53,945 nt of DNA from Thermomicrobiales bacterium. Lineage in GTDB: Bacteria > Chloroflexota > Chloroflexia > Thermomicrobiales > UBA6265. Numbering within the stretch: position 1 is the first letter of the stretch; every line of letters begins with the position of its first letter. Positions 51,732 to 53,945 of this stretch are shown here, piece by piece. A program made the translations under genes and the position numbers. The notes beneath the pieces were generated by a model. The model was not told where the DNA came from. It did no database searches and saw only the letters and a program-made list of their open reading frames with translations. The stretch covers positions 1 through 53,945 of the forward strand of contig JAPXTJ010000002.1 in assembly GCA_033812595.1 (NCBI GenBank), given 5' to 3'.

Positions 51732-52589
51732 CTACACGAAGAGCGGCTCCATGGCTTGCTGCGCGAGGAGCTGGTCCATTGCGGCTTCGGAGGGGCGAGT
51801 TTCGAAGCGGGCCGCTGCGTCGAGCACCAAGGGCAGGATCGTGATGTCGCCGACCGTGTTCAGGAAAACACCGGGCCGGCCGAGCACCCAGTGGACCGCC
51901 AGATCGATATCGTCCTGATCGCGCAGGGGGTCGTACCAGGTGTTGGCGGTCGGCGTTTGCTCACCCCAGGGGGCGCGGGTGATCGCCTTGATCGTCTGCA
52001 TCGCCACGTTCCGCTCCGCGCAGAGCGCGGCCAGCGCTTCGAAATCGGCGGCGTAGACCGGGTTGCGCATCATGGTGTAGCTGAAAGGCAGCAGCACCGA
52101 ATCGAAATCGAAACGTTCCAATGAACGGCGATGCTGCGCGGCCACCGTCACTCCGTGACCGGTGACCCCGATGAAGCGAACCAGCCCCTCATCGCGGGCG
52201 CGGACGGCCGCTTCGAGCGCGCCGCCCGGTCCGAGCGCCGTTTGCCACTCCGCTTCGTCCACGAGATTGTGCAGCTGGATCAGATCGACCTGATCGACCC
52301 GCAAACGCTCCAGCGAACGGCGAATCTCGTCGTAAGCCGGGCCGGCCTCCCGCTCGCCGGTCTTGGTGGCGAGAAAGACCTCGCGGCGGTGCGCTTCCAG
52401 CCAGGGGCCAAGCCGAAGCTCCGAATCACCGTAGCTGGCGGCGGTATCGATGTGGTTGACCCCCGCCTCGGCGATCGATGCCAGGGCGCGATCGGCATCC
52501 GCCTGCGAGACGTTTCCGAGCGCCGCCGCGCCGAAGATGATGCGGCTGCTCGTGTGGCCAGTACGGCCGAACGCGGCTCGTTCAATCAT
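51732..52589 (-). CDS. Aldo/keto reductase
   Basis: [18 protein letters not shown] and FIGVTGH motifs. Confidence 0.85.
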   Translation of the reverse strand: MIERAAFGRTGHTSSRIIFGAAALGNVSQADADRALASIAEAGVNHIDTAASYGDSELRLGPWLEAHRREVFLATKTGEREAGPAYDEIRRSLERLRVDQVDLIQLHNLVDEAEWQTALGPGGALEAAVRARDEGLVRFIGVTGHGVTVAAQHRRSLERFDFDSVLLPFSYTMMRNPVYAADFEALAALCAERNVAMQTIKAITRAPWGEQTPTANTWYDPLRDQDDIDLAVHWVLGRPGVFLNTVGDITILPLVLDAAARFETRPSEAAMDQLLAQQAMEPLFV

Positions 52590-52815
52590 TTCACCTGCTC
52601 CCTCCGAATCTGCTCATGCAGACGATAACGCAAGGAGCGGGAGCCAGTCAGTACCCGGATTAGCGAATGAAACGAACCGACCGATGCATCTCCAGCCGCC
52701 AGCGCCGGATCCGTGCTCCTGCTCCCGATGCAGCGATCGGGCCGGAAACGTGCGCCGGCGGCTCGATTGCTCGAACCGCCGGCGCGCGTTGCTCTTCAGT
52801 TGGAGGCGATCGAAA

Positions 52816-53613
52816 TCAGCCCTCGGTGGTGGAGCGTTCGCCCTTGAGGAGCTTGCCGCCCACGACGGCCGCGGCCGCCGCGCCGAGCGCGGTCGGGATC
52901 AGCCACTCCGCGCCCTGACCGTTCTGGCCCGCGCCCGTATCCGGCAACTGGGTCACCGGCACCTCCGGCTTGGCCGGTTCCCCGGGATCGGTCGGCTCTT
53001 CCGGTTCCTCAGGCGGGTATCCGCAGACGTAACGCTCGTCTTCGGCCCTGATGCAGACCAGATCGCCACAGCAGTCGTCATCCTCGTCGTCCTGCGCCAG
53101 CGTGACGTCACCGCACGATTCACCTTCGGGGATGCACATGGACTGAATCGGATCGCAGAACGAATATCCGTCCCGTTCGATGCACTCATGTCCTTCACAG
53201 CAGGCGCGCTCATTGTCCTTGCCGTACAGCCCGCAGAACTGATCGATCGTGCCGCACGTTTCGAAGTCGTCGTATTCGCAGACACCGCCGACACAGTCGC
53301 CGCCGAGACAGCACGGAAACTCGGCGCATGAACCGCCTACGTTGGAGCAGATGTTCTGGTCGTACTCGCAGTACCCCGCGCCCTCGTCATTCGTATACCA
53401 GCACGTCATGCCGGCGCAGCAGGTCAGCGTCGTGTCGTTGACGTTGCAGTTCAGGCCTTCCCCGATACAAATAATCGTGGCATCCGCGTTCGACGTGGTT
53501 TTCACCACCGCAGCGCCACCAACCCAGGTTGCGACCAGGCCCTTAATCACGCTCCGACGTGACTTGCCCGTTCCGAGCGCACGTGCGAAGCGATCGAACT
53601 GTTGTCCGTCCAT
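52816..53613 (-). CDS. Tat-signal, LPDTG-anchored surface protein with four tandem knottin-pattern cysteine modules
   Basis: SRRSVIKGL Tat motif. 24 Cys in four modules C-x6-C-x(4-13)-CC-x4-C-x(4-10)-C (codons 49-197, nt 53023-53469). P/E-rich linker. LPDTG (nt 52933-52947), then a hydrophobic stretch and KLLKGER. Confidence 0.8.
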   Translation of the reverse strand: MDGQQFDRFARALGTGKSRRSVIKGLVATWVGGAAVVKTTSNADATIICIGEGLNCNVNDTTLTCCAGMTCWYTNDEGAGYCEYDQNICSNVGGSCAEFPCCLGGDCVGGVCEYDDFETCGTIDQFCGLYGKDNERACCEGHECIERDGYSFCDPIQSMCIPEGESCGDVTLAQDDEDDDCCGDLVCIRAEDERYVCGYPPEEPEEPTDPGEPAKPEVPVTQLPDTGAGQNGQGAEWLIPTALGAAAAAVVGGKLLKGERSTTEG

Positions 53614-53886
53614 TCATCCTCCCATTCCCAAGCCAGCCTGGGTCGAACGCGTGCCGCAGCGCCAAATTACGGCTCATGACTGAGTACGCAACAGTATACC
53701 CGCTGGGACAGTAGCTCCAGCACGCCTCGATCGACGGGCAGTTCGACCCCCGAGACGTCTGGAGGGACAACGCGGAACGGCGGCCGATTGGCATCGACCG
53801 CCGTTCGCTCGCCGATTGCTTGCGTACGTAGTTAGAGCGATTTCCGGTGATGCTGTCACCGCCCCAGAATGAACGCAAACCGTGTA

Positions 53887-53928
53887 GGGGAGGGTCTTGT
53901 GCCCTCCCGCGGTCGCCCGTAGGCGACC
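53887..53928. repeat. REP-like double hairpin (GGGAGGG-N7-CCCTCCC; GGTCGCC-CGTA-GGCGACC)
   Basis: Read directly at the window edge. Confidence 0.5.
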
Positions 53929-53945
53929 GTCTCCTTTCGCTACAC

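Noticed and set aside
53543-53878. 111-codon minus-strand ORF upstream of, and overlapping, the knottin-protein start. Also the plus-strand ORF at 53249-53683.
   Set aside because: Both overlap the well-supported 52816-53613 gene or its promoter region in other frames and have a low-complexity composition.
1-53945. Search for rRNA, tRNA, tmRNA, RNase P RNA, CRISPR arrays, integrases, transposases and prophage blocks.
   Set aside because: I found no cloverleaf-like segments, no conserved rRNA or RNase P strings, no regularly spaced direct repeats, and no ORF with recombinase or transposase motifs. The low-G+C islets (1.3-2.5 kb, 21.2-22.1 kb, 24.8-27.5 kb, 42.3-46.8 kb) therefore cannot be labelled as defined mobile elements.

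Overview
This is a high-G+C chromosomal window. Gene content and the hairpin-repeat style suggest a monoderm-type Chloroflexota (Thermomicrobia-like) or actinobacterial genome; that placement is inference only. I support about 54 protein-coding genes and found no rRNA, tRNA, CRISPR array, integrase or transposase. Most long ORFs antisense to the called genes are high-G+C shadow ORFs. All family calls rest on motifs read by eye, because no searches could be run.

Most of the window is ordinary housekeeping or accessory metabolism:
- two M24 peptidases
- an enolase-superfamily enzyme with two tandem GntR regulators
- a LuxR/HisKA_3 two-component pair
- mnmA, an MFS transporter, two aldo/keto reductases, gamma-glutamyltransferase and an amidohydrolase plus Rieske pair
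- VapBC and HigBA-like toxin-antitoxin modules

Loci worth a second look:
1. 32.8-42.1 kb holds a light-response and photoprotection locus. A CarH/LitR-type B12 regulator is tightly coupled to a pyrimidine-dimer glycosylase. It sits divergent from a DUF4397-like / TIGR01777-like SDR / heliorhodopsin / crtB string, followed by crtI, a GT2, a CruF-like gene and an acyltransferase. No lycopene cyclase or carotenoid-cleavage gene is visible.
2. 52.8-53.6 kb encodes a Tat-signal, LPDTG-anchored protein made of four tandem knottin-pattern (C-C-CC-C-C) modules.
3. 3.0-3.8 kb encodes a fusion of a HEPN-like domain (RNALVH motif) to a CBS pair, next to a low-G+C islet carrying an orphan membrane ORF.
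4. 42.3-45.9 kb is a lower-G+C three-gene island of secreted WxL-like and DUF916-like proteins.
5. 23.4-27.9 kb is an ars-type string without arsC. It carries unusual cysteine-rich accessories and three TCGA-core palindromes.
6. Two paralogous secreted proteins have a cupredoxin-like C-x9/10-H-x4-M/Q signature. One lies upstream of the two-component system.
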